Part shown: one piece after another, positions 10,282 to 20,313 of the stretch
Layout of the letters: every line of letters starts with the position of its first letter
Position numbering within the stretch: position 1 is the first letter of the stretch
Assembly (NCBI GenBank): GCA_050123335.1
Contig: JASFHH010000003.1
Location: forward strand, 6,615-70,614
Direction of reading: 5' to 3'
Length of the DNA: 64,000 nucleotides
Source of the DNA: Gammaproteobacteria bacterium
GTDB lineage: Bacteria > Pseudomonadota > Gammaproteobacteria > UBA12402
Program-made: the position numbers and the translations under genes
The notes under the pieces: generated by a model
What the model was told of the DNA's origin: nothing
Seen by the model: the letters and a program-made list of their open reading frames with translations, nothing else
The model's database searches: none

Positions 10282-10808
10282 AATTAATTATTCTTGATCG
10301 TGACGGCGTTATCAATGAAGATACCCCACATTATATTAAGTCCGCTGAGGAATGGCGTCCGATTCCTGGAAGTTTAGAAGCAATCGCCAAACTTAATCAT
10401 GCTGGGTACACTGTAATTATCGCAACTAATCAATCAGGAATTGGGCGTGGTTATTTTGACGTGGAAGCTTTAGATGAAATGCATGCTAAGATGCAGAGAG
10501 AGTTGGCTAAAATTGGAGGTAAGATAGATCATATTTATTTTTGTCCACACACTCCGGATGACAATTGTGATTGCCGCAAGCCAAAAACCGGAATGTTTGA
10601 ACAAATCATGCATGATTATGGTCTGCGCGATTTGAAGGGCGTGATTAATGTTGGAGATGCTTTGCGTGAAATACAAGTGGGGCAAATATTTGACTGTCGC
10701 AATATCTTGGTTTTAACCGGCAAAGGTCAAAAAACTTTGCAGGATAACCCGGATATCTCCGCCGAAATTTTCCAGGATTTGGCGGCATTGGTTAATTCAT
10801 TGGTGTGA
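10278..10808 (+). CDS. gmhB: D-glycero-beta-D-manno-heptose-1,7-bisphosphate 7-phosphatase
   Basis: DRDGVIN HAD motif plus the CPH...CDCRKP zinc-binding signature of GmhB; ATGA overlap with glyS. Confidence 0.85.
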   Translation: MKLIILDRDGVINEDTPHYIKSAEEWRPIPGSLEAIAKLNHAGYTVIIATNQSGIGRGYFDVEALDEMHAKMQRELAKIGGKIDHIYFCPHTPDDNCDCRKPKTGMFEQIMHDYGLRDLKGVINVGDALREIQVGQIFDCRNILVLTGKGQKTLQDNPDISAEIFQDLAALVNSLV

Positions 10809-10994
10809 TTTGTGAAATAAATATATTTTTATATTGGTTGATAACTTTATCCATTGTATCAAAAACTGGTCTAGGAGGCTAATGAATATTAGCCATAATA
10901 TTGTTTACTTAAGTGATTTTTTGGATTCATAACGTTCTCTTGCTTTTTTTATTGCTGAATGTAATCTTTCTTCGAAAATCTTTTTTGGCGGTAA

Positions 10995-11981
10995 TTAAGT
11001 CATAAATTGGCAAACGCGTATACCACTATCATTAAGTTGTAATAATTCAACACGTTCATCTGATTTTTCAGCACACAGTATGATTCCGATAGGTGGATTT
11101 TCGCCAGGTAACATTTCGTATTTTTCAAGCCAGCGCAAATATAATTCTATTTGCCCTTTATCAGCCGGTTTAAATGCTCCCATTTTAAGCTCGATCGCTG
11201 TCATACATTTTAATTGTCTATTGAACATTAATAAATCAATTTTAAAAAAGTCTCCATCAATCTCAATTACTTTTTGTCTTTCTTGGAAAGTAAATCCGGT
11301 GCCCATACTAAGTAGAAATTGTTGGATATCGCTAACAATAGCATCTTCAAACGATCGTTCATCTTCAAATTGTTGATTACTTAGATATTGCAAGATAACA
11401 GGATCCTGCATGATAAAATCTGGTTTTAAAATATCAGTTTTTCTTAGTTTGATAATTTCTTTTTTTATAATTGATTCAGGCTTTTTAGCAATTGCAGTAC
11501 GCTCAAATAGCATACTACTTAGTTTTTCTTTTAATCTGCTGATACTCCAGCGTTCAATACGACACATTTCTGCATAAAATTCTCTTTTCAGCTTATTTTC
11601 AATGTTGAGTAAAAAAACAAAATGCGACCATTTAAGATGATTTGACAAAGATATTACAATTTGTTCATCAGGAAATAATTTTGCGAATTGGATGCATCGA
11701 TAGATAACTCTGCGACCAAAACTGGAGCCAAATTTAATTTGAAGTTTATCAGCAAGAGTGTCGATGATGCCTGCGCCATATTTAGCACGCTCAGAGTCTA
11801 AAATATCATAATTAACACGTTGTCCGATATGCCAATAAAGTAGCACACCTGTTTGGCTTATTTTACGTAAAGTTTGTTGTTGAGTTGATTCTATGAGATT
11901 ACTGATGTCTTTAAATAGCTTATTTGCTGTGTTATTAACATCAGGGCAATCAATGCTAGAGTTGTTCATAATTTTACCCAA
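10995..11981 (-). CDS. yhcG: YhcG-like PDDEXK nuclease (DUF1016 family)
   Basis: MLFERTA, AIELKMGAFKPADKGQIELYLRWLEKYE and GIILCAEKSDERVELLQL all match DUF1016/YhcG signatures. Confidence 0.8.
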   Translation of the reverse strand: MGKIMNNSSIDCPDVNNTANKLFKDISNLIESTQQQTLRKISQTGVLLYWHIGQRVNYDILDSERAKYGAGIIDTLADKLQIKFGSSFGRRVIYRCIQFAKLFPDEQIVISLSNHLKWSHFVFLLNIENKLKREFYAEMCRIERWSISRLKEKLSSMLFERTAIAKKPESIIKKEIIKLRKTDILKPDFIMQDPVILQYLSNQQFEDERSFEDAIVSDIQQFLLSMGTGFTFQERQKVIEIDGDFFKIDLLMFNRQLKCMTAIELKMGAFKPADKGQIELYLRWLEKYEMLPGENPPIGIILCAEKSDERVELLQLNDSGIRVCQFMT

Positions 11982-12020
11982 AATATTATAAAAAAGCCAA
12001 AAAAAATCAAAGGGTTAAAA

Positions 12021-12081
12021 TTGTGTCTACGAGTAGACACAATTGAAAAATCTTAACCCGATAGTGTCTATATTAGACACT
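12021..12081. promoter_or_regulatory. two palindromic candidate operator sites (GTGTCTA-N-TAGACAC)
   Basis: TTGTGTCTAcgaGTAGACACAA at 12021-12042 and AGTGTCTAtatTAGACACT at 12063-12081. They lie upstream of yhcG on the minus strand and about 350 nt upstream of the pilus cluster. Confidence 0.3.
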
Positions 12082-12421
12082 GTTTTACCACCTTCCTATA
12101 AAAGTTGGTAAACAATATTACTGGATTTTTGCTCTCTCGGTAAGACTTTTTTGTGGTCAATTGGAGATTTGCCTTATAAATCATATGGGTTATGCTATTT
12201 TATCCGATATTTCTACTGTTCCTGCATGGAAAACCATTAAATTAACACAAAAAATTATCAAATTTTATTGTATTTCTTTGGCGATGTTTAATATTTGTTC
12301 TATATTAAATTTATCGATTGGGTTTGTAGGAGAAGAAGAGACTCATGCAGATTCAAGACCGATTGCCAATTTCATTTAATTTTGGTAGTCACATTTTGGA
12401 GTTACCAAGTGGGGGTTAAAA

Positions 12422-12874
12422 GTGAAAATAATATTATCAATAATATTTGGTATGTCTTGCGCTTTTATAATTAATGTAGGATATGCCGGTACAGTTCCAG
12501 TTAAGTATGTTCAAATTTCTCATTCTAAAATTAAGCCAGTTAAAAAAGATAAATCAGTTCACAAAACTATAGTTAAACCTAAACCTATAATTAAACCGAG
12601 ACCAGTTAAGATTAAGCGAGAGCCTTTTTTTATTATGACCAGTGGTTTTTTGTTACCTAATTTACGTATGTTTGCCAGGAAATTTAATTATCATCTGGTT
12701 TGGAAAGTAATTGATGTTAATACGGGTGAACAAATGGATTATCGATGGATTGGAACACACAAGGTTGTTGGCGCAACATCTTTGGATATTTTACAAAAGA
12801 TATTAAAGCCATATCCGGTTGTAGTTAATGTCTGGAAGACTAATAGAGTGGTTGAAGTTGCAAATGTTGGTTAA
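12422..12874 (+). CDS. small periplasmic protein at the head of the pilus cluster (possible secretin-associated or pilotin-like protein)
   Basis: GTG start after a GGGGGT ribosome-binding site, signal peptide, Lys/Pro-rich linker and conserved-looking C-terminal domain. It sits immediately upstream of the secretin. Confidence 0.4.
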   Translation: MKIILSIIFGMSCAFIINVGYAGTVPVKYVQISHSKIKPVKKDKSVHKTIVKPKPIIKPRPVKIKREPFFIMTSGFLLPNLRMFARKFNYHLVWKVIDVNTGEQMDYRWIGTHKVVGATSLDILQKILKPYPVVVNVWKTNRVVEVANVG

Positions 12875-12919
12875 CCACTGAAAGTTTATCATTACGAAAT
12901 ATTTATTGAGGGGGAAAGT

Positions 12920-14482
12920 ATGCGATCTAAATTTAAACGAATTTTATCTACGGGTATAGTTGCAGCATTTTGCGTAAGTTGTGTAAGTGGTTGTGCCAAC
13001 CAAATACAATTAGCCAAAGAAGCTGATGCAGCCAGTCAGCAGGCACAAGAGAGTATTAATGCTAATTTAGGTGAAATGCAAAATGTGCCAAAACCAGTAC
13101 ATCCTGGTGCAGTATTTAATGTCAAAAATAAAAGTTATGTTGATTTGAAACCAATCAGAATTCCTGCGAAGTGGAAAACTAAGCAGGTAGATATTTATGC
13201 TTCTGATCAGTCAGTTGCAGCAATTGTTGCAGAGATGACTAAAGGCATGGATGTAACTAATATTTTTGAGCCGGAGGTGCGTAATCAATCCATAAGTGTT
13301 GCATATCATGGTAATTTGTATGATGGCTTAAAGCAAATAGCAAGAGATAACAATATTGATTTAAATATTAGTGGTAATGTTAATCATCCAGTTTTTAATT
13401 GGTCGAAATATGAAACACGTACTTTTCAAATAGCATTTTTACCTGGTAATACTAGTTTTGGTATTGGTAATTATTCCAAAGATGGTGGTTCTTCTTCTTC
13501 AGATAGTTCTGATGATTCTGGGAAAACTGCTATATCCAATGGCAGCAACAGTGGTGCTTCTTTGTCTGGGTCGTCATTAAGTGTGTGGAAAGATTTGACC
13601 AGCTCAGTTAAAGGCATGTTATCTCCTCATGGTAAATTATCAGTTAGCCAGGCTTCAAGTTCGATTACGGTTATTGATACACCATATGTAGTTAATAAAA
13701 TTGCTAAGTATATTGATAATTACAATGGTATTTTATCAAAACGTGTTGCAATTAAAGTTAAAATTTTAGAAGTTCAATTAGATAATAATCACGCAAACGG
13801 TATTGATTGGAATGCGGTTTATTCAAGTTTTGGTGCAAAATTCAAGCTTAATGGAGCTTTTGGTAAAAGCGTTGCTAGTAATTTTGCTAAAGCTGTGTCT
13901 TCAGGTATAGGCATTGATGTTGGAAGAGGTCCCTGGAAAGATACCAGTGTCATGATTCAAGCCTTAGATCAGCAAGGTAAAACTACTGTAGTTAATGAGC
14001 CAACCGTAGTGAGTTTAAATAACCAGCCGAATACGATTAGCGTTGGTGAAAATCAAGCTTATGTTAAAAAAACAGATGTTACTTTGGATACGCAAACTCA
14101 TACAATGAGTACAGCATATACACCAGGTAATATAAAAACCGGTCTTGATTTAACTATCATTCCGCATATTCAGGATAATAAAATTTATTTATCTTTGAAT
14201 GCAATTTTATCTACTTTGCAAAGCATTAAAACATTTGGTGGTGATGGTACAGATCAAGATAAAAATTTATCACAAGTGCAATTACCGCAAACAGAAGATC
14301 GAGTGTTTAACCAGCGTATTATGTCACGTAGTGGGCATATGATTGTTTTGAGTGGATTTAAAGTTAAACAAAACTCATCTCAGGAAAATAAAAATTTTGG
14401 CACTAATTTGTTGGGAGGTGATTATGGATTATCTTCAAACGTAGAGCTAGTAGTTTTAATTCAGCCAACTTTAGTGAAATAG
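12920..14482 (+). CDS. lipoprotein secretin (type IVb pilus PilN/BfpB/TcpC-like)
   Basis: Lipobox SGC|ANQ after the signal peptide and a Ser-rich linker (GGSSSSDSSDDSG). The C-terminal secretin-domain pattern is VVNEPTVVSLNNQPNTISVGENQAY ... MSRSGHMIVLSGF. Confidence 0.65.
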   Translation: MRSKFKRILSTGIVAAFCVSCVSGCANQIQLAKEADAASQQAQESINANLGEMQNVPKPVHPGAVFNVKNKSYVDLKPIRIPAKWKTKQVDIYASDQSVAAIVAEMTKGMDVTNIFEPEVRNQSISVAYHGNLYDGLKQIARDNNIDLNISGNVNHPVFNWSKYETRTFQIAFLPGNTSFGIGNYSKDGGSSSSDSSDDSGKTAISNGSNSGASLSGSSLSVWKDLTSSVKGMLSPHGKLSVSQASSSITVIDTPYVVNKIAKYIDNYNGILSKRVAIKVKILEVQLDNNHANGIDWNAVYSSFGAKFKLNGAFGKSVASNFAKAVSSGIGIDVGRGPWKDTSVMIQALDQQGKTTVVNEPTVVSLNNQPNTISVGENQAYVKKTDVTLDTQTHTMSTAYTPGNIKTGLDLTIIPHIQDNKIYLSLNAILSTLQSIKTFGGDGTDQDKNLSQVQLPQTEDRVFNQRIMSRSGHMIVLSGFKVKQNSSQENKNFGTNLLGGDYGLSSNVELVVLIQPTLVK

Positions 14483-14495
14483 CGGGTAATATAAT

Positions 14496-15653
14496 ATGCA
14501 AGCATATTTATACGATATTTACAGTCAAAACGTCGCGGGAAAAAGCAGAAAAGAACTTTCTGATCTGCTATCCCGCGAAAGCGAACAATACAATTATGCT
14601 CTGTTAATTAAAGATCATTTAAGTTTGTCTAAACAAGATGGTATTTCCATTCCGGATGCTTTAATTGATAGTATTGCTGCTAAATCATTCATTTATGTGC
14701 AGCAATTAGCGGATCACCAATATTTCTTAATGGTATACGCTAATGACGCTATTATTTGGGCGGGAAAATTGGCAGAACATGAAATTGCTGGTATGTTGCA
14801 ATTGCATTTACAAACCAATCCAAAAATAAAATTGTTTACGTATAATTACAAAATTTCTGCAGATCTTGCGCACAGGAAAATTATAGAATTCAAACAGGAT
14901 CCTTTAGGTAAAATTAATCTGGAAGATTATCGTCTCAAACAAATTTTTGAAGTTAAACATAATTTAAATAAAAATATTAGATTTGCTTCAGCATTTTTGA
15001 TTATTTTAGTTATTGGGTTAATAATTGGTGGGTTATTTTTATCACATGCTGCAAGAGAACGGTCAGCTATTGCCGCTTGCGAAAAAGCTGCAGCAATGGA
15101 TGTATGGAAAAATTATCGACAAGAATTCAATCAACCACGCGCGTATGTATCAATTAAAGATATTGTTAGCAAATTACACCAAATATCTACAATACAAAAT
15201 TTTGCAGTTAGAGATTTTAAATGTGATGGCTCGAGTTTACAAGTGGATTTAGTTGCGTTTGGTGGTTCAGTAGTGGGTTTGGAAAAGTGGGCAGTGAAAA
15301 ATCAGTATAATTTACGTATTGTTAGTAATACTTACAAATTATCAAAATCGTTGGATATTCAGTCTCAAGAGTCACCGTTCACTATCATGGCAGCAGATGA
15401 TGTGTTAGCTCACGTGATTGATGCTGCTGGTATTTTAGGTAAAGACGTTGCAGTTGAAGTGGGAGATGTAGCGCAAAGTAATAATTATAAAGAGATTAAT
15501 TTGAGTGTGAATTTACAAAATCAGCCGGTCAATTTTATACAAAATTTGTTTAAGATTTTGCAAAAATATCCGGTGGAATTGGTGAGTATAGAAGGAGACT
15601 ATGCTTTAAATAATTTTAGTGGGGAAGTTAAGTTAAAAATTATTGGAGAGTAA
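14496..15653 (+). CDS. bitopic inner-membrane pilus assembly protein (PilO/BfpC-like)
   Basis: About 165 aa cytoplasmic domain, a single TM (FASAFLIILVIGLIIGGLFL) and about 200 aa periplasmic domain. Its position between the secretin and the ATPase matches the R64 pilN-pilO order. Confidence 0.4.
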   Translation: MQAYLYDIYSQNVAGKSRKELSDLLSRESEQYNYALLIKDHLSLSKQDGISIPDALIDSIAAKSFIYVQQLADHQYFLMVYANDAIIWAGKLAEHEIAGMLQLHLQTNPKIKLFTYNYKISADLAHRKIIEFKQDPLGKINLEDYRLKQIFEVKHNLNKNIRFASAFLIILVIGLIIGGLFLSHAARERSAIAACEKAAAMDVWKNYRQEFNQPRAYVSIKDIVSKLHQISTIQNFAVRDFKCDGSSLQVDLVAFGGSVVGLEKWAVKNQYNLRIVSNTYKLSKSLDIQSQESPFTIMAADDVLAHVIDAAGILGKDVAVEVGDVAQSNNYKEINLSVNLQNQPVNFIQNLFKILQKYPVELVSIEGDYALNNFSGEVKLKIIGE

Positions 15654-15655
15654 TC

Positions 15656-16384
15656 GTGAATAAATCTAATCGAAAACCAATGGTTAACAAAAAGTTAGCA
15701 ATTTTTAGTGTAATATTTTTAGTGATATGTGCTGGTGCATGGATCATGTTGGTGGGCAACCCTTTTGATAGTATATCTACTAGCAGTGTTTCATCGACAA
15801 AAGCACAAGTAGCTGTGTCAGCAAAACCTGCTCCTCGAGAGATAGATGTGCCAAAGTTAGAGGTAGATAATGCAGCTAAACCAGATTCTAATTTAATTAA
15901 GTTTAAATCATATTTGCAGCATGTAATTACCAATGATAAGAAACTTTCTAAACAGGATAAAAATGCTTATTTAGCTTATGTAGAGCAAATCAATAAATTT
16001 GTTGAACAAAAAACGCAAGCTGCAAAAGATATTCAACAATTGCAGCAATTAAGTGAGGAATATCGCATTAAGACATTACAAAGTCAGGTTTTAGAGCAGG
16101 AAAGCAAAATTTCTGCAGCCAAAGCTTCAATTCAAAGTGATCAATTCAAAGCTGCACAAGCATTAGGTTTGCCTGCGCAACAAATGGTGCAACAAGTTGA
16201 TCATGTTACCATGATTTATGGCAATGGTGGGAAATTGCAAGCTGATGTAGTAATTGATGGTGTTAAATATACCGGAAAAAGCATAGGGGATGCAATTAAT
16301 AATTATAAAATAGCAGGAATTCAATCTAATCAAGTTACATTATTAGATTCGAAGATACATAAAACAAAAATATTAGATTTGTAA
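15656..16384 (+). CDS. periplasmic coiled-coil pilus assembly protein (PilP-like)
   Basis: N-terminal TM anchor and Gln-rich coiled-coil; its position in the cluster is the main evidence. Confidence 0.35.
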   Translation: MNKSNRKPMVNKKLAIFSVIFLVICAGAWIMLVGNPFDSISTSSVSSTKAQVAVSAKPAPREIDVPKLEVDNAAKPDSNLIKFKSYLQHVITNDKKLSKQDKNAYLAYVEQINKFVEQKTQAAKDIQQLQQLSEEYRIKTLQSQVLEQESKISAAKASIQSDQFKAAQALGLPAQQMVQQVDHVTMIYGNGGKLQADVVIDGVKYTGKSIGDAINNYKIAGIQSNQVTLLDSKIHKTKILDL

Positions 16385-16398
16385 AAAAAATATTTGGT

Positions 16399-16518
16399 GG
16401 CGATTATCAGAGATTTTGGGTGGCTTTTTTCGACGACTAGCTCCCATGGATGGAAGAGCGGGAGGCACATGGATGTGCCAGGGAGGAGAAAAAAGACACA
16501 CAAAAACTCATAATCGCC
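16399..16518. repeat. palindromic element family B (copy B1, inverted orientation) inside the pilus operon
   Basis: Core TTTTTTCGACGACTAGCTCCCATGGATGGAAGAGCGGGAGGCACATGGATGTGCCAGGGAGGAGAAAAAAG flanked by the outer inverted repeat GGCGATTAT... Sits between the PilP-like gene and the ATPase gene. Confidence 0.6.
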
Positions 16519-16555
16519 AGAAATAAAAAGTTTGTAAATTATAAGGTAAAAATTT

Positions 16556-18217
16556 ATGGCAACAAACAGTTACGAACAATTACAAAAATATGCCGAGTTG
16601 CTGAATGCTAAGGTACTGTTGGATGCTTCAGAAATTAATGCTCAGGTAGATAAAAATATTAGTTTACATTGGGCAGCTAATAAAGAAGATATTGTAGTAT
16701 TGGTTAATGGCGATATTTTGATTTCTGATCCAGCGTCACCTAGTCTTTATGAATGCAAAACTTATTTTAAAACTCATGGCTTAACTCAAGGCGAGGTATA
16801 CTTTACTACTTTAGCGGTAGTTAAAGAATTGCGTGAGCGCGCCGCAGATGTGAGTGCAGTTGTTGCAAACGAAGACAAAACTATTGGTGAAAAACAATTG
16901 ATGGATTTAATTCGTTTGGCAATCGAACAAAATGCTTCAGATATTCACATGTTTATTGGTAGAACCAGATGTAAAATTCATTTTCGTGTAGATGGTTTGT
17001 TGATGCCGATTACTGATTGGCCGGCTGATCAAGGCATTAGAATACATAATGTAGCGTATAACTTTGTAGCGCAAGATAAGTCAGATAACTTTAATCGTAC
17101 TAAGCCGCAGGATACTTCTTTTACTTTGCATCTACAAGGTAAAGGTGATGTGCGAATTCGTTCGTCAAATATTCCAACTAATAATGGCGGTTGTAATATT
17201 GTTTATCGTATCCTTTCGATTGGTCAAAAAGATGTGGTACCAATTGAAAATCTTGGTTATACCAAAGCGCAAGAAAAACTATTAGAAGAAATTAAACATT
17301 TATCCAGCGGATTGGTGCTGTTTTGTGGTGAAACCGGTAGTGGTAAAACCACATCATTAGCTAGTGTGCTGGCTGGAATTGATCCCAGAAGAAAAGTTTA
17401 CAGCATTGAGGATCCAGTAGAAAAATTAGTGCCGAATGTTATTCAAATTCCGGTAGATACAAAAGACAAGTCAAAAAGTTTTGCTTATTATTTACGGGCA
17501 TTATTGCGTCAAGATCCGAATGTTATCATGGTGGGAGAAATTCGTGATTTGGAAACCGCAAAAGTAGCGATGCAAAGTGCATTGACTGGCCACTTGATTT
17601 TATCAACTTTGCATACGCGTTACGCGGTGGATTCGGTTTTGCGTTTAAATGAATTTGGTATGTCACCAAAAATTTTAGCCACACCAAATTTATTAAAATT
17701 GATTGTAGCACAGGAATTGCATCCAAAATTATGTCCATTATGTCGCAGACCTTTGATGTCTGAAGAAAAACAACAGTTATTAGGTTTGTATAAGAAGAGT
17801 GAGATGGAAGAGATGTTTACCGTGCCATTAAAAAAAGAAATTAATCCGGATTGTCCAGTTTGTGGCGGTAAAGGTATTGCCGGACGTAAAGTATATGCAG
17901 AGATGGTTAAAGTTGATCAGCGAGCACATGATTTTATTGCGGATGTAGACATTAAAGGATGGCGTGCGCATTTGCAAGAATGTGGTTTTGTAACTTTAAA
18001 TGAAAGGGTGCGAAATGCGATTAAGCGTGGTGAAATTGATGCTTTAGGAGTTACGCGTGATCCGGTTGAAGTAGCTGCTTATTCTTATCGCGAACAATTA
18101 CAAGTTGATCCAAGTTTTAGTTCGGTAGACCGAAAGGTTAAGTTTTTTAATGCACAAAATAATTCGCAAGAAAAAATAAATAGCCGATTAAATTCGGCCA
18201 GTATATTACGTAGGTAA
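16556..18217 (+). CDS. GspE/PilB-family secretion ATPase
   Basis: Walker A GETGSGKTT, Walker B VIMVGEIRD, and the tetracysteine CPLCRRP ... CPVCGG that is typical of assembly ATPases and absent from PilT. Confidence 0.9.
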   Translation: MATNSYEQLQKYAELLNAKVLLDASEINAQVDKNISLHWAANKEDIVVLVNGDILISDPASPSLYECKTYFKTHGLTQGEVYFTTLAVVKELRERAADVSAVVANEDKTIGEKQLMDLIRLAIEQNASDIHMFIGRTRCKIHFRVDGLLMPITDWPADQGIRIHNVAYNFVAQDKSDNFNRTKPQDTSFTLHLQGKGDVRIRSSNIPTNNGGCNIVYRILSIGQKDVVPIENLGYTKAQEKLLEEIKHLSSGLVLFCGETGSGKTTSLASVLAGIDPRRKVYSIEDPVEKLVPNVIQIPVDTKDKSKSFAYYLRALLRQDPNVIMVGEIRDLETAKVAMQSALTGHLILSTLHTRYAVDSVLRLNEFGMSPKILATPNLLKLIVAQELHPKLCPLCRRPLMSEEKQQLLGLYKKSEMEEMFTVPLKKEINPDCPVCGGKGIAGRKVYAEMVKVDQRAHDFIADVDIKGWRAHLQECGFVTLNERVRNAIKRGEIDALGVTRDPVEVAAYSYREQLQVDPSFSSVDRKVKFFNAQNNSQEKINSRLNSASILRR

Positions 18218-18221
18218 ATAA

Positions 18222-19265
18222 ATGAGTTTGTTTGAACGTATACAATTATTTTTATTTAAGAAGCAGTTTAACAATACTAAACGGCAGGAATTGTTAATTC
18301 AATTATCTTTTTTGTTGAAAGCAAACGTTCCGCCGTCAGATGCTTTGTACCACATGCAGCAGATTTACTTTGATAACAAAAATCTTTTGATGCATGCGGT
18401 AGTAACAGATATGTTAGATAATATTAGAGCTGGTAAAAAAATCGGTGACAATATGACGGATTGGTTTCCGTATGAAGTATGTCGCGTGTTATCGATTTCA
18501 GAAGAAAGAGGTTTTTTGCTGCAAGGTGTAGAGAATCTAATTAAATACTTTGATACAGGTCGTAACGCTTTAAAAGCACTTACCGGAATTATACCAGGCT
18601 TGGCTTATTTTATTGTGATTTTAGTGTTTATTGCGTTTACTGGTGCGAAGTTATTGCCAAGTTTAGGAACGATGGTAAAAGATTGGCCGGCAATTTCAAT
18701 GGCATTAAATAAATCTGGTATGTTTTTGTATCACAATTATTACTTCATATTGGCAATTGTGGTTTTGTTAATTGTTTGGGTGATTATCGCACTGCGAGAT
18801 TATTCTGGAAAAATTTATCAACTAATTGCTAAACCATTAGTGCCTACTTATAAATTGCAAGCATCGCTTTTATTATTTAAATCATTATCAATGTTAACAG
18901 GTAATGGTGTTGCGGTATCAGATGCCATTAAAATGTTGTTGCTAAATCGTACGCATGGTTTTGTTTATCGGCATCTTTCGGAGATGTTTTATCGGGTTAG
19001 ACGTGGTGAAAATATAGGAAATATGCTTGATACGGGTATTTTTACGCGTAGTCAGATAGCGCACCTTAAAGTAATTAGCCGTTATTGTTCGGAGGCTGAG
19101 TACTCAAAGGTATTTGCGCTTATGGGAGAGCAAACTAGCCACGATCTTAGCAGGCGGATGAAAATATTTTCAAAAATTATGAATTTTATTTTCATTGCTT
19201 TAACTGCCGTTGGGGTAGTTTGGGTCTACGGTGCATATGCACTGTTAGTATCTTCAATAACTTAG
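18222..19265 (+). CDS. GspF/PilC-family inner-membrane platform protein
   Basis: 347 aa polytopic membrane protein immediately after the ATPase. Its size fits BfpE/PilR-type platforms. Confidence 0.7.
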   Translation: MSLFERIQLFLFKKQFNNTKRQELLIQLSFLLKANVPPSDALYHMQQIYFDNKNLLMHAVVTDMLDNIRAGKKIGDNMTDWFPYEVCRVLSISEERGFLLQGVENLIKYFDTGRNALKALTGIIPGLAYFIVILVFIAFTGAKLLPSLGTMVKDWPAISMALNKSGMFLYHNYYFILAIVVLLIVWVIIALRDYSGKIYQLIAKPLVPTYKLQASLLLFKSLSMLTGNGVAVSDAIKMLLLNRTHGFVYRHLSEMFYRVRRGENIGNMLDTGIFTRSQIAHLKVISRYCSEAEYSKVFALMGEQTSHDLSRRMKIFSKIMNFIFIALTAVGVVWVYGAYALLVSSIT

Positions 19266-19280
19266 AAAGGGGAGGAGTCA

Positions 19281-19751
19281 ATGTTAAATAACTTTCTAAA
19301 AAAACGTAAGTCTGAACAAGGCTTTACTTTAGTTGAGTTCTTGGTTGTGTTAGGACTTATTTTTGTGTTGGTTGCAGTTATTGCAATGGCTGCATATAAA
19401 TCAACTCAGCGTACTCGTATTTCAAAGGTTAAAAGTGAAGTTATGAGTATCGTTGCTGCTGCACAGAATTGGGCTTCTAATAAACCAACCATGTTTAAAA
19501 ACATGACGTTTAAGGATTTAGAGAACTCAGATCTTGTAAGTAAAGATTTGGTTAATAGTAATTACCAGGATCCGTGGGGTGGAGTTTATGAACTAACACC
19601 AGCAGGAAATGGTGGTTCTTTTACAGTTACTATTAATGGAGTGCCTAATAAGTCAATAGCACAAGACTTAGCTGATAACTTGCGTCCAGCGAGTTTAAAT
19701 CAGGATAGTTCTGTAGCTGCTGATGACAACGTAAAGGTAACTTTCAGATAA
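19281..19751 (+). CDS. prepilin-type major (pseudo)pilin
   Basis: Leader MLNNFLKKRKSEQG, then mature FTLVEFLVVLGLIFVLVAVIAMAAY with Glu5. GGGGAGGAG ribosome-binding site. First pilin after the platform gene. Confidence 0.75.
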   Translation: MLNNFLKKRKSEQGFTLVEFLVVLGLIFVLVAVIAMAAYKSTQRTRISKVKSEVMSIVAAAQNWASNKPTMFKNMTFKDLENSDLVSKDLVNSNYQDPWGGVYELTPAGNGGSFTVTINGVPNKSIAQDLADNLRPASLNQDSSVAADDNVKVTFR

Positions 19752-19757
19752 TGTATA

Positions 19758-19824
19758 GGGGCCGGGTCTTTACTTATTACAAGTGCCCTGTCAGTTGCTT
19801 TGTAATAAGTAAAGACCCGGCCCC
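19758..19824. repeat. palindromic element family A (copy A1) acting as a hairpin terminator after the major pilin gene
   Basis: GGGGCCGGGTCTTTACTTATTACAAGTGC-loop-GCTTTGTAATAAGTAAAGACCCGGCCCC. Starts 7 nt after the pilin stop and ends 4 nt before the next ATG. Confidence 0.65.
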
Positions 19825-19827
19825 ATA

Positions 19828-20313
19828 ATGGAGCTAAACGTGAATAAAATGAAAAAGCACAAAGGTTTTACTTTAGTTGAATTGTTATTAGTGATGGCGA
19901 TTTGTGCGTCGTTGACCGCAGTGGTTTATACTGCTTGGCATAATATTCAAGTAAGGTTAGATCTGCAAAAAGTTCAATCGCAGGTAAATATAATAGTTGA
20001 TGTTGCCAGAGCTTGGCGTAATGCAAAAACTTCATATCAAGGGATTTCTATGAGTCCTGATGATAAAGATTCTCTTTGTAATGATAATCTATTGCCAAAA
20101 GATATGTGTGTTGCGGGTTTTGTAAATCCATGGGGTGGTCAGTATCGTGTTAGTGTGTCTGCAAAATATGGTGATAATAATTTTGATGTTACTTTAACTG
20201 ACATTACTAACTCAGAAATACGAAATGCGATCAAATTAATTTTATTAAAAAGCACTTTAGGACAAGACAGTATTCAAATAGAGAGAGACAAAATAATTGC
20301 GACGTTTAATTAA
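19828..20313 (+). CDS. prepilin-type minor pilin
   Basis: The leader ends in G, followed by FTLVELLLVMAICASL with Glu5. The alternative start at 19849 gives a short MKKHKG leader. Confidence 0.7.
   Translation: MELNVNKMKKHKGFTLVELLLVMAICASLTAVVYTAWHNIQVRLDLQKVQSQVNIIVDVARAWRNAKTSYQGISMSPDDKDSLCNDNLLPKDMCVAGFVNPWGGQYRVSVSAKYGDNNFDVTLTDITNSEIRNAIKLILLKSTLGQDSIQIERDKIIATFN

Noticed and set aside
12161-12379. 72-aa ORF in the yhcG/pilus-cluster spacer
   Set aside because: It has no ribosome-binding site and an odd composition, and it overlaps the probable promoter region of the 12422 gene.
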